Assembly (NCBI RefSeq): GCF_022045235.1
Contig: NW_027266264.1
Location: 49,972,001-50,036,000 of the forward strand
Reading direction: 5' to 3'
From: Haliotis cracherodii
Taxonomy: Eukaryota
Length of the DNA stretch: 64,000 bases
In this document: positions 13,197 through 26,546 of the stretch, piece by piece
How positions within the stretch are numbered: the first letter of the stretch is position 1
Layout: every line of letters starts with the position of its first letter
Translations under genes and position numbers: made by a program
Notes under the pieces: model-generated
What the model saw: the letters and a program-made list of their open reading frames with translations, nothing else
Told to the model about the DNA's origin: nothing
Database searches by the model: none

Positions 13197-16100
13197 TAGT
13201 GGGAATATAGCAAGTATCACATGTACCATCACTACAGCTACTACTAAAGAGAGTGGTCATAGCTCAGACGCTTCACTATAATGTGCTGAGTTGCGTCCCT
13301 TACGGGTTCCAGGATCCTTTGACCATGAACACGTCCTGGTTATGATCCTTTGTTTGTCAACACCGAGCTCGCGTTCGTTGGTTTCCCAAAAGTGTTAAGC
13401 GACGAAGAACTGCATCACCTCAAGCTTTCCACCCCTTAAGCTGATACAACTGGAACAATGTTCAAGGCGGCGTCAAAACCAATACAACCACTCACCCACC
13501 GCTACTACGACCACTGTGACCTGTGCTCTGTCTTCCTCTATAATTGTCACGAGTTATCTTGTAAGACTATAAATCATTCCATTGTTCTGGGGCTGACAAT
13601 TGAGTAAACACTTGCTCGTGTTGTAACAGTATCAGCAAAATACCAGATCAAAGGGAGATGTGACATGCATTACCCCATCACTTAATTTGTAATGACCCTT
13701 TTAGATTAAATACTAACACTAGATTAAAGTAACAAGCATTTTGAAATCTTTTTAATTTGTTGTCAGCTACTTCAACGTTGCAAACTCCAACACCAATTGT
13801 ACACGACCGTGTAGCGCAAATGGAAGAAGTTTAGACTCCAGTCCTTCATTTCAGTTCATGTCAGACATAAAAAACATGATCTAACAAATCCCCCACACGA
13901 AATCCGTGATCAATAAGGTGGATGAGAGGCTAGGATTCTTCTCGTGGGTGTAAATACTTATCGATTAATATCAAAGTCAAGGTTCTCTCCTGGAGAAGCT
14001 TGCTCACTACAAGAGTTTGTTGGAGCGGATTCTCTGTCGTCAGCGGCAGTTAGAAATATTGAGATTCGAAATCAACAACTGACAGACTGACCTATAGCCA
14101 GATAGCTAGTAATCCATAAAAGAACAGAGATGAACAGGTAAATGGAAATTTTTAAAATGGGTTATCATATCACTGGTTTGATACACGCTGAATCTAATTT
14201 GAAATCAAACACATATTCCTGAGAATGAACAAGTCTAACTAATGAGCATCAAATAACTATAACGTAAACCTGGGCAATACGACACGTTTTTCTTAATGCC
14301 ACTTGAAACGCCCACTCTTCTGGGCGAGCGGAACTTATGAATGATCTTATATTTTGAGTAGACTGACGAACCTCAGTCTTTATCTCCTTTATCTCATGGA
14401 AAGTTGTTTTTTACTTCTGGGAAAGTCTTTTTTATTTTGTTTAAAAAGTAGGTTACAGTTTCATATGTTCGACATGTATTTTAAAGCGTACTTAGTCAGG
14501 ATAAGTACATGTGTATTTGACAGAGGCTGTCAGGCAAAGTTTGTCACTGTATGTCACCATACACGGAAACATTTTAATATGTTTTACTCCCTCGAATGAT
14601 CCATATTTGAGATGAATTACTATCCACAGTTTCAATGCACACAGTGAAACGTATTAAACTTGAATTTCTATAACTCGACATACCGTTTCTCGATGTAACT
14701 TTATGGTCGTGTTGCTCTTTGATAACTCGACATGTATTCGCTAGTCCAAGGGGTTTCGCTTATATCTATCCGTATTGGAGAACATTAATCAATTATAATT
14801 TAGGATGATGTGGATAGCTTGAAGATAGTATATTTCACTCCATTTTTAAAAACATATGAAGGAAAATAATAGTTTCATGTACTTAATTTCATGTACACAT
14901 TAGCAAATTACTCATATAAAGCTCTTTGGAACGTGTAATATCGATGAAATCAAACCATAGACATACCATGGAAAATACAGGGGGAAGTGAATAAAAAGTA
15001 GACCTAGACGCCTGAATGAGGAGCAGCCTGGATATCATGTCTCCAAACATATTAGAAGGGCAGGATACACTTTTCCATGAAAAGAGTTTGCAATTTAGAC
15101 AAATTATACCAGAGGTATGCAGCATGTGTCTTCATTATGAATCTTAAAAGTAGCCAAACTGTCGGCAAATCGAGAGGACATCCACCTTATCGTCGCCATA
15201 GCTATGTCAGATCATGCTAGTTAGTATGTACATACATGTCCATCACACAAGGCCGCGTTTATCTTTATGTGGGTTACATTGCAGATCCTCAAGAGACGAA
15301 GTTTTAACAGACCAAAATACGCAGTGGCCTTATTAGATAATGACGTTTGAATAATAGCGTGCAGTGCATGAAGACAAACAAGTAATATGTTTATTTCCGT
15401 TTATTATAATCGGCTTATGTTCTATTATTATAATATCCGAAATGATACTGTTATTTCGATAATGAAGAGATTGCTTTTATAATTACGCCTGACGCGTAGA
15501 ATATTAGAATAAGTGCACTTGTTTTCACTTGAATAAGTACCATATTTTAATCACTTTGATACAAAAACATCGTTAACATTTTGAGACGTTAGACAAGTGT
15601 TTAAGTACATATAACACAACAATAACAAAATTTGCCGTTTTGTTTGGAAATTGATTGAATTTTAAAATATTGATATTGCTGTTATGCAAACTGTGTATAC
15701 ACTATTAGTGACCGACATATTACTGAATAAACATACTATATAAATACATTATATATATGTGATACAGTGATACATAAATATATCACTTTAAAACATCAGA
15801 CTGCCTCGAAGTCCCATGACAGATATGTTTGCCTTAATATAATTGACCATATATTGTGATAACTCAGCAGCCAGGCGTTCGAACAGTCGCAGCTTTAGTC
15901 TAATCCACGAACAAATATCTACAACATCCTTTCTGAAATAAATTGCAATCCGGAAGACTTGACTTTCACCAGCTCTCCTAAGACCCACGGACCAGTCAGA
16001 GTGGCTCGACAACTTCCGGTGTACGCAATCATACTCAGTAACTTCTTTCAATATCTGTAGTCGCTGGGAATTATGTATAAGCACAAGTTCATGTTCCCAC

Positions 16101-16676
16101 ATCTCGGACTTGGTTCAAAGAATGACCCGAAAGGGTACTGAGGTATCAGATCTACTGATTACAAGATAGGAAGCTTCAGTGATAAGCTTTGCTCGCCTGG
16201 CCCCTCTTGGGATACGATAGATTGAGTGAAATTATTCCATTTGTCAGTGGCTTAAGTATCGAAAGGGCTCTTTGTCAATTGTCGATGGGAATTGATCACT
16301 TAAGGTAATGAATAAGACTTTACATGTAAGTGTCTAACAACACAAGACCTTTCCACATATTTGCTCACATTTCGCACCAAACATGGCCATCTTACGTGCG
16401 TCCTTCCTTCAACACAACATTGGATGTGATTACTAATTATATAAGCAGCTTGATTATTCTAGAAGTCACGAGATTCGTCATGTGATACTGCAGTTGTATT
16501 TTATGAAAGGTTATTTGCATGTATTATCTACTGGCATGATATATGTAGCGGCTTGGGTGTATGTTGGCGTTTTAAAGGTTACCACAACGTACTTTACCAT
16601 TGGCTATGGAACTGAGAGCTGCATGTTCGCGAATGTCACGTGAGGAGGCTCATTTCGGAAGTGAAATAGGAAAATG

Positions 16677-16851
16677 NNNNNNNNNNNNNNNNNNNNNNNN
16701 NNNNNNNNNNNNNNNNNNNNNNNNNNNNNNNNNNNNNNNNNNNNNNNNNNNNNNNNNNNNNNNNNNNNNNNNNNNNNNNNNNNNNNNNNNNNNNNNNNNN
16801 NNNNNNNNNNNNNNNNNNNNNNNNNNNNNNNNNNNNNNNNNNNNNNNNNNN
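16677..16851. other. Assembly gap (N run)
   Basis: 175 N. Confidence 0.99.
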
Positions 16852-18150
16852 AAGCGCACCAGCAATAAATCTTGAAATATTACAAAAACAAGTTGAGCAA
16901 TGACCGATTTTGAATAGAACAGACATAGACGGATTATTAAGAAAGAAGAAAGACGCCAAAGGAAACTGGAATACCACACAGTAATTACAATTACGTCATC
17001 AGTGTAAGGAAGACACATAGGGTTAAAATGAAAAGTCAATATCTGGATGTCCGCCATTGACAGCAACACAGGCCATGCAAAGTCTTCTCATTGATCGAAT
17101 AAGTCTGCGAATAGTGTTCTGGGCCATTCCTCTCTTGACGTAGCGTATCTTCAAGTTCTCTCAGGTTCTGTACTTGCGGACGACGTGAGAGGCGTTGACC
17201 CAGGTAATCCCATAGATGTTCAATTGGCGATAGATCGGGTGACAGGGCTGGCCATGGAAGCAGAGGCACATTATTGTTCGCTAGGTACTGTGTTGAAACA
17301 CGTGCTGTGTGCGCTCTTGCATTATCTTGCTGGAAGGTGTGCATGTCCTGGTGCTGATGAAAGAATGGGATGACGTGATTTGCCAATATGTTATTCCTGT
17401 AGTAAAGGGCATTAACTCTTCCACGACAAACATGGAGCTCTGTTCGATGGTTATGACTGATGTCACCCCCCCCCCCCCCCCCCCCCCCCATGACACTCCC
17501 TCCACTCCACCCCCACCCCATCGATCTGTCTGTACAACGCAGTCATTGTGGTAACGTTCTCCACGTCGACGCCACACTCGCAGTCGACCGTCAGCATTCC
17601 GTAAATGAAAACGGGACTCATCAGAGAACAGCACACCATGTCACTGCCGCAATCTCTAAGTTACGCGACGTTGACCCGGACGTGGTCGATCTCTGGTAGT
17701 TCTTGTCTGCTAGTATCTGCTCAGTAGCCTGAGGACTGTTGAATGATGGTATTGAAACCGTTGTGCAACGACTCTACTTGACGTACCAACTTGAAGCATG
17801 CCCAAGGCACGTTCACGTTCCTCTGCTGTTAATCTTGGCATTTCTTGTGTCAGTACCATTTCGTCTGCAGCAACAAGTGATGTGGCTTTTAAAAGTCTGT
17901 CTTTTATAGCCCTATTCTGCATGCTTCCCGTGAAACAAAACACGTTTTCCATGATATGCACGCAATTTGTTGCGTTTTGGCGATTTCGCACACAAAACAT
18001 TTAGGAATGTGTTTTGACGAGCTGTTCTTCTTCATGCTTCATCCAGAACGTCGTATATTACTCATTCACTTATATATTTTTATATGACTTAAGCCCGGAT
18101 AAAAATACATCCATTTTCATGGTGGTGCGTTTTCAATGCTGTTCAGTATA
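16852..18150 (-). mobile_element. Tc1 (DD34E) transposon, defective
   Basis: HTH MPRLTAEERERALGMLQVG; LFSDESRF; QQDNARAH...SPDLSPIE with 34 residues between D and E; TIR end GGTGCGTTTTCAATGCTGTTCAGTATA matches AAGCGCACC at the gap edge; stop, internal deletion and poly-C frameshift. Confidence 0.93.
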
Positions 18151-19867
18151 TACATATATATAAAGAATTATGTAATTTGGTTAAGGTTTCACTGGCTTTT
18201 ATCCTTGCGAAGATGAATCGTAATGAACTGAAAGTCCACATATAGTTTCAAATCATGATTTCGTGTTCCAATGTTCATATTATAAATACTTAGTTATTAT
18301 CAATATCAAAGTACATGTGAATAACATAACCTTAGTAGATCTAGCATAATACGAAATGGAAGTCATGATATTGGCATTTTGCTTAAGGATGAACTACCTT
18401 GTATCATACTGTGGCATGGTAAACACTCTGCTTTCCATTTTGGGTTATGCGTTTTCTTACGTTATCAAACTACTGCAGGTATTATAATTTAGTGTTCTGA
18501 TTCATTTTCATGACAAATGTACATATATACATGTACGTACACTACTTACACATGAGTTAAATGTACATATGTATGTACACTACTAACACGTGAGTTACCG
18601 AACGCATACATACATCCGATAATGCCTTCACGTACATGTACGTGCACCCTACATTGACATTATGCAAGTATAACTGAGAACAAAAGTTTGTTTTTTTCGG
18701 CAATCTCGTCTTTCCCTTTCATTGAAGCTCAGTTATCTACAAAATTCCAAAATGTTCACCCTTTAATATTCAAGCATTAATAATTATCTCAGAATTGAAC
18801 CATCAAATCCTTAAAATCTTCGGTAGCTTGTAGAATGTACATTATTAATTAACCCACTATCTGTTTCAATTTGTTTTCGTGTCTATCTACGAATACCAAA
18901 CACAAACGTTCATCATGACTACTATCTGAATAGTTGAAATATTTGAAGTTTATACAGAAGTATTGTTCAAAGCGTTGTTAATAAAAAAGATATTTACTCG
19001 CATATTAACTCACTCACACTTACTGATGAAGATGGAGAATAGGATTGTGTTGAGTTTTAAAAGTCGATAAGCAGTGACAGTAACCGAATCAACGACCCGT
19101 ACATATAAGTAAGTTGTTTAATGTCGCTCGAGCCTTTATACGATTTTAGGTGTCATGATAGTCGAGAAAGCAAATTATCTTTGTTTTTTCATTGGTTCCT
19201 TTTCAAACACTACTTACCCCGTTGGCATATGTTTTTCGTGCCATTGAATGTGTCAACGTTATGACATTAACGGGATTTTCGCTCCTAGTAAATATCAGGA
19301 CAATATATGGGTGTGGCACTTAAATATACATTTTACTGATACTGGTTGTATGGATTACAAGAATTATTACTCTTTTGAAAATAGATTCCTATATCGGTAT
19401 GTAGACAACTCCTCCCTGTCGAGGATATAAGACATAGACACTTTAGATTCAAATTCGAAATTCCTTATACATGGGAATGTCACGGTTACTAGTGTATGGT
19501 CTTCCCTTATTAATTTCGCTACCATTCACTGGCCACTGTTTCGCGAATGTAGTAATATCACACGCATCAAACAGAGTCAATGGTGTGAATGGTTCGGCGT
19601 ATACATGACTAGGGATAATACCTGCCCTACTTTCGGCTGATGTTCGTATCAGACGTTATTTCAAAAGAACTGAGATGGTGATTAATTTTGCACTTTTCAG
19701 TTGACAATGAGCTCGATGTATATCTTATATCTAACGCTGTGCCAATTACCTTACTATTCTGTATTACTTTACAATAGTCGCTGACCTATAGTGGTGTTCT
19801 TTTACAGAGAATAAATACAAAATGTTAAAATATCTGAATAATTGTTATTTCGAATTACAATACCTGG

Positions 19868-20374
19868 GTGTTTCCAAGGTGCATACATGAATTCAAATCG
19901 CCTATACGCGAACGTTCATACATACATGAATACCTCACACTCGAATGGTTTGGCGGTTTCCAGGATGCATACATGAATACCTCACATTTGAATGGTTTGG
20001 CGGTTTCCAGGATGCATACATGAATACCTCACACTCGGATGGATGGGTGGTTTCCCGAATGCATACATGAATACCTCACATTCGGATGGATGGGTGGTTT
20101 CCAGGATGCATACGTGAATACCTTACACTCGGATGGATGGGTGGTTTCCCGAATGCATACATGAATACCTTACACTCGGATTGATGGGTGGTTTCCCGAA
20201 TGCATACATGAATACCTCACACTCGGATGGATGGGTGGTTTCCAGGATGCATACATGAATACCCTACACTGAAATGGGTGGGTGGTTTCCAGGATGCATA
20301 CGTGAATACCCTATACTGGAATGGGTGGGTGGTTTCCAGGATGCATACATGAATACCTCACACTCGAATGGGTG
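19868..20374. repeat. 47-bp minisatellite (~10-11 copies)
   Basis: Unit GGATGCATACATGAATACCTCACACTCGGATGGATGGGTGGTTTCCA; period 47 (19961, 20008, 20055). Confidence 0.95.
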
Positions 20375-21062
20375 ACAGATATGGTAACTGAGAACTTGCT
20401 GCACAAATTTCTGAGAAACAATATGTGAAAGAAAATTACCACTTCAGGGAATTGATATGATTTGCGATGATTGATTCATCATTTCTTTATTAATTCTTAT
20501 GCCTGTTTAGTCTAAACAGGGGTAAAGTGCATAGCACAACAGACTCACTGATATGAAATAAATAAACAAACTACAAATAGGTGTATTATTCCATGTTGTC
20601 TTGAATATATATATGTACATATCGGGGCAGGTCAGAATAAGATACGAACTTGCCTGTAGATCTGTAGAATCAATATTGCCCATATGATCGGACATTAATT
20701 GGCCTGAGACCCAGTGTCCATAAGGTACACATGTACAGAAGCTAACTTGTGGAGTGCTCGGGCGTAATTTGCAGACAAACGTTCCTCAATGTGATTTAAT
20801 ACTATCAGATGACCCATCAGAGGTAAGGATAAAGACTTTATAAAAGTGCCTCAATATATTATCCCGCTTATCGTGTTCAGGCTAGCGATATCTGATCAGC
20901 CCCAACAGAACCAGCTGTCTCGTATATGTTTTAGTTATTCATTTGCTCTCAGTTTCGGTATATGGCTTGACCGATTGTGTAGTTTTATAAGCAAATCCAA
21001 AGAAGAGTCTCGGGGTATCCGAAAGGTTATTCATTGCTGATAAAAAATACACTTTCGGCTGA

Positions 21063-21172
21063 AGTGAGTGAGTGAGTGAGTATGGTGTTACGCCGCTTTT
21101 AGCACTATTCCAGCAGTATCACGGCGGGGAACACCAGGAATAGGCTTCACACATTGTACTCATGTTGGGCAT
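21063..21172 (-). mobile_element. SINE family A, 5'-truncated
   Basis: (GAGT)n tail, TTACGCCGCTTTTAGC...GGCTTCACACATTGTAC. Confidence 0.85.
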
Positions 21173-22899
21173 CATCAGCAGTGTTTAGCTATATAAATTC
21201 TCCTTTTCATGTTTCTCCGGTTCACATTTGTACATCGCGTCACATGTTCCTTATTTCTTCATTATTCACTGGTCAGTGGTTTCATTTTTGAAAGCATGTT
21301 CTTTTATTCTAAGGCTATGTGTTGCAGCTATTTAACATTCCAACGAAGACACAGCGTGTCCCACAAATCAGTTTACTCATTATCGGCAACACATTCCCTA
21401 GACAATCTGTATTCATCACAACGAGAAGCGTCAGAACGATTAGATTGATATGACGTCGTAGAAAAGCGTAGCAAGGAAGAGGAACGATTCCGCGTTAAGT
21501 GGCGCTAATGTGCATCATGGACGGTGTAAACAAACCTCAAGGAGTTTATTCTGCCATCACGAACGACCTCTTGAGTGTCTTTCCGTACCAGAAGTGACGT
21601 TAACGATTTATGTGTGGTCGACACCAATACATGTTTGGCTTTGTGTTTTGTTCGCTGGAACATCAGATGAGATTCAATTAACTTTAACTTCTAGCAATCC
21701 GTCCCATTGTTTTTTATTAAGCAACGTCTGACTTCAAGATCACTATGGATTAATCGGTAACATGAGTAAGCCGATTTCAGGTGTGTTGTTTGCTCCTTTC
21801 GATCAGGTATTGGTTGTGACTAGAAACACACAATATGAGGTTCGGAAGGTTTTCATGAACGTTGAAAAGATGGACAGGACACCCACGGAGATTATCAGTG
21901 ATACATGAATGAATGTTGTAGACATTAACGTCGTCTAGAAAACAATAACCCATCATAAATCTCGTATGTTTATTGATGGCAAAAACATTACGATCATGAA
22001 AGACAGTGGCAACGTCAGAGTTCCCCACGTTATCAAAACGTTATCAACCTTTTTCATGCTCTGTTCATCACATAATTCTTATTGACCCTAAAACCACAAC
22101 ATGACCTTTAAAAATACCGGGGGTGAGATGATGGCTCAACAAAAAACAAACATTTTTTGTCTACATGCTAAGCTCATTTTTCAGAGTTTGTGTCAATGTC
22201 AGTGATGAACAGTGTACACAAAAGGCATATATATATATATCCGGATAAACTTTCCCTATGGTCCCTAGTATGAAGTCCCATTTTTGGTTGCTGGTGATCT
22301 GTAGCCCGTTTTTATAATGTAATGTTTTGAATCTGTGATACGTTAGTTGCTTTGCTGTCCACTGTCGACAGGTGTTTATATAGTCTAAATGTATTTAAAA
22401 AAGGACGTAATTTGTCCTTGTCAAGTCATTGCTGAAATATTCCCGCTGTGACTTTGTCTGCTGACTTTGCTTGGATACCTTAGCATTGTTACACCCTCGC
22501 ACAATGGTAAGTCGACATTTGGTGTACAGACACATCATGTTCGGAACACAAAGACGTTTAACGTTCAAATGTCGCAGTCTGTCAATAATACAACTGCAGC
22601 CTACGGCATCAGTTTATACTCTTCCATCATCCATATTGAAATACCGCGGTGGACAGCTTACCTTCATTAAGCTTAAGAAAACCCTAAAAATATACTCTTT
22701 AAAAAAGGTAGGGGATATCTGGATATACCTTAAAATTTCCTAAATAATAAGAGATGTTCGTTTTTAGTTATAATATTTTGATAATAGTGAACGGATTGGG
22801 AACACATTATACCCGGCAGTGACGTAAGACAGTAGATGTTATGACCACCCACGATCTTAAAGGACGAAATGGGTAAGATGGGAAATTTCAAAGTTGAAG

Positions 22900-23910
22900 T
22901 TTTTTGGATCAGTAGTGCGTAATACTGTCACAATTTGTCAAACATTCGTTCACTCGACAAAGGATACTGCGCATGAGTCTCCCAATGGCGATTTGAGGGA
23001 GCCTGTCCCGCCCTTATGTCTGGCCAGGTTCAGCCAACGTGGTCAGCGGCCAATGACGTTGACGCACACGTCTCCCTATACTATCCTAGACGTGTTCTAT
23101 GTTGGAAAGGTCTGGCCTATTGTTGGCCATGGCGTTCTATAGATGCTGTGCTGCTGGAGGTGTGCATTGACACTTCGTACACGGTGAGCACGGGCGTTGT
23201 CGTCCTGAAAGGCATAACATCGACCCACACGCCTTGTAAACGGAACAACGAAGGGTGTCTGTATGTTGTCCCGATATGTTGTCCCGAGTCATAATGATGC
23301 CACCCCACACCATAACCGATCCACCGACGAATCTGTCAGGAGGTCTCAGGTTGACATTGGCTTGACATTCATCTCGAAGTCGCCAGAAACGACCACGCTT
23401 GTCAAGGCAGTGCAAATTGAATCCGGATTTATCTGAAAACATGACACGTGAGAAGCGAAAATTTCCCTAGTTTCGACTTTTGTACACCATTGACGTCTGT
23501 TGGCAATGTTGCGAATTGTAAACGGCGGCACAACAAGTAGCCGTTAAGCATAGAGATGAGCTGCGTGTAGACGATTTCTAATCGTCTGACCGGTAACTCG
23601 TACTCCAGTAGCCTGATGAAAGTTTGAAGCAATATGATTCGCCGTTTGGGCTTGATTTCATAGAGCCTGTTTTCGTATCAATCAATCCTGTTCTCGTGTC
23701 GTTGACCTGGGAAGCCCTGAACGGGGTCGATCGTCAACATTTGGGGTTTGTTGGTGCTTGTTCCATAGTCTGCTAATCACGGACTGTGAAACATTGAACG
23801 TATTGGCCACTCCACGCTGGCTTCTGCCAGTTTCCAGCATGCCATGTACAATAGCCCGAAGATGCTCCGCGCATTGCAGAAGCCGCATCGCAAATTCACA
23901 CACAAACAAT
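22900..23910 (-). mobile_element. Tc1 transposon relic
   Basis: GMLETGRSQRGVANTFNVSQSVISRLW...DRPRSGLPR; FSDKSGF; GGSVMVWGGI; FQDDNARAHR...WP...PDLSNIEHV with frameshifts. Confidence 0.9.
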
Positions 23911-24616
23911 GAATGAAATCAAGTAACACACAACTGTATGATAAGCAGAATCAATAAGATTGACAGAAATATTTGTCCACATATATTAATCGACCTTCCT
24001 GGAAAGTGTCACCATCTGGAATGACCCCCTCCGCACGTGTGGAGCGCAACTACCTGAGGCAAGTGCAAACTATAGGATGTGTTTTGGTGTTAAGTTTTAC
24101 AGACACAAAATTTCTACGTCAACATGTATATTTGTTCTTAAACTTGGTATTGATATCATATTTCATGATCCCTTACTTAAAGGGGAGAAAAGTGTCCTGA
24201 AACACACCACGTTCAAGTGTATTTCTAATGTGTTTGAGAACATAAAATAGAATACTATTATCATGAACTTATCTCAACCTTGATTGAATACATCCTGGTT
24301 TGTTTTCATAGCTAAAGTTTTAAGTTTCCGACTTGATGTCATTACAATATGACTGATTTTTCAAATTTGATGAATGTTCATATCACAGGCCTCCTGTTTT
24401 CTAAACTTGATAAAATCAGACGTGTCTTGCTGCAATGTTAACCTGAGTTTGCGTGAGGTTGCCCATGTATAAAAAGACGTCGCATCCGAGAGTAGTGCAC
24501 GTATATAGCAACGCGCGCGCGTGCGTGCGTGCGTGCGTGCGGCAGGGGGCGGACCCTCTACCACAAGAGGGAGGCGGTCTCGCCTTATGCAACAAGAAGC
24601 CAGTGACATATACAAA

Positions 24617-24794
24617 NNNNNNNNNNNNNNNNNNNNNNNNNNNNNNNNNNNNNNNNNNNNNNNNNNNNNNNNNNNNNNNNNNNNNNNNNNNNNNNNNNNN
24701 NNNNNNNNNNNNNNNNNNNNNNNNNNNNNNNNNNNNNNNNNNNNNNNNNNNNNNNNNNNNNNNNNNNNNNNNNNNNNNNNNNNNNNNNNNNNNN
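24617..24794. other. Assembly gap (N run)
   Basis: 178 N. Confidence 0.99.
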
Positions 24795-25454
24795 GAATGA
24801 CTGGATTCCACTTCTCAGTGACTAAATCAGTCGGTGAGGAATGACCATTCAAGCTATGAATGGAGTGTTTAGTGTCAGAACTGACAGAACAACACCTTTT
24901 CAAATATGTCCTCAGTTGAAGCGTCAACAAGTCCATTAAACATGGGACCTTTCACCATCAACGCACTGAATGTGTTTACTTAGCAGATTACTCATGAGAT
25001 ACTGCAACTTTTATTTCTCAGATATGAGATCTGTGAGGACAATGATCTGTGAGTCTCGCAAGTGAGCGTACAGAGTATAGTGGGGTTTTGTCGAATACAG
25101 TTTACGGTCTTACAATTTGTCATACAATGGACAGTGTTATCGATGCGATAAACCAATCCGGTAAAGTTGGTATCACGATCTCATAAATATGACAATACGA
25201 TCACCTAGCAGGAACTACTTTCAAGCTCCCAACTTCGATGCTCATCTAAGGCTTGCCCACGCTAATAATCTCTATGTACCTTTAAGTGTAGTTAAAAAAA
25301 ACTGTATCCTCACTCGGGTATTCGTTTTCATGTGTGACAAGAAAACGAAACAAATTATATTATTGTTACAGGACGGTAATCATGAGGTACGGTTGATTCG
25401 CTAGTCACACCAAAGACCCGATACCGTTCTCCATATAGTCTTCAGTGAAGCAAA

Positions 25455-25972
25455 GTCTAGTGGTCTAGTTGTAGAGCATCTGCCAGGAGAGCGGAAGTTC
25501 CGGGTTCGATCCCAGGCCGCGTTATACCAAAAAGACGTTACAAGATGGTCCATGTTACCCTGTCTGGTGCTCGGCATTAAAGGACTAAAACATGGACTGG
25601 TCGGTTCAGAGTCAGTATTTCTGTGTCTGAGTTGGGTATTCATGCTAACCTGCGGCATGGTAACTCAGTGTGCTAGCACTATAAATCGGCATCAGTGTGA
25701 GTGAGTATGGTTTTACGCCGCTTTTAGCAATATTCCAGCAATATCACGGCGTGGGACACCAGAAATGGGCTTCACATTGTACCCATGTCGGGAATCGAAC
25801 CCGGGTCTTCGGCGTGACGAGCGAACGCTTTAACCACTAGGCTATCCGACCGCCCCTAAATCGGCATCAGTCCGGACTAGTACAAGCAGCCACACACACA
25901 CGTGAATGCATGTCGCTATATAAGTGCAATAATCTTGGACGCGACGATAAACCCCATTTCACCTCACCTCAC
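25455..25972 (+). mobile_element. tRNA-derived SINE family C (Meta-domain-like) with nested family A SINE
   Basis: GTGGTCTAGTTGTAGAGC...GGTTCGATCCC head; CCAAAAGACGTT...GCTCGGCATTAA; CAGTGTGCTAGCACTATAAA; (CA)n; matches 56605-57015. Confidence 0.88.
25697..25856 (-). mobile_element. SINE family A nested in SINE family C
   Basis: 15-bp TSD TAAATCGGCATCAGT at 25682-25696 and 25857-25871. Confidence 0.95.
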
Positions 25973-26546
25973 CTATGTGAAGCGCATTCTTCGTTTTACC
26001 AATCCTGATATTAGCTAGAATATCGCTTGAAGCTATGTTACACCCTACTAACTCAACCATTCAGTCGAATGACCCCTTGGATTAGAGAACGTTAACTGAA
26101 TCAATCATCATAAAATACATATAGCATAACCCGACTGACATATAAGTACTGACAGGTAGTTCGGGCGTTGTTTAACGTTGCTGCGTTATCTGATTTATTG
26201 AACGGTAGTTGAGAAATCAGAGCGTGATTTGTTTTCACTATTTCTGTCCACATATTATCTTGTTACCATGTGTTCGCTGCCCCTTTGACACTTAAATAAC
26301 AGTACCCAGAATTATACATGTATATAGATTAGGCACTTCAATGAACATTTTACAGATTATATTGGTATTATATCCAGCTATGTGTTTTCTGTCCATCGTG
26401 TCCATCGTGTTGTGACAGCATCATCCCTTTGTTGTCACACCTACCAATGTTATCCCACTCATGTATGCTATTGTTGTTACTGTTAATCCTCTACTGTTAA
26501 TCCTCCACCTACTATATATATTCTGCACTATGTCCCTCATTCAGTC

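Larger units (their letters stand above)
19471..22100 (+). pseudogene. Decayed multi-Ig-domain gene, copy G1
   Basis: Signal-peptide-like MGMSRLLVYGLPLLISLPFTGHCFA; QKLTCGV...CDLILSDDPSEV (~20735-20825); VALMC...LECLS...EIQLTLTS...FLLSNV*LQDHYGLI...QVLVVT (21500-21820); QPFSCSVHHIILIDP (~22045-22090); paralogous to G2-G4. Confidence 0.6.

Noticed and set aside
16600-17069. ORFs spanning N runs (also 24361-24936 and 52179-52442)
   Set aside because: Artefacts of translating through assembly gaps.
18088-18106. AAGCCCGGATAAA, resembling part of a twister ribozyme
   Set aside because: The upstream GCCGGTCCC and the pairing elements are absent; it lies in Tc1 subterminal sequence.
19868-20374. 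Regular repeats resembling a CRISPR array (also 27170-27661 and 45280-46862)
   Set aside because: Head-to-tail units without unique spacers, no cas genes, and a eukaryotic context.
24500-24616. CpG-rich patch with a GC box (GGGGCGG) as a possible promoter
   Set aside because: Mostly (GCGT)n microsatellite next to a gap, with no associated gene.
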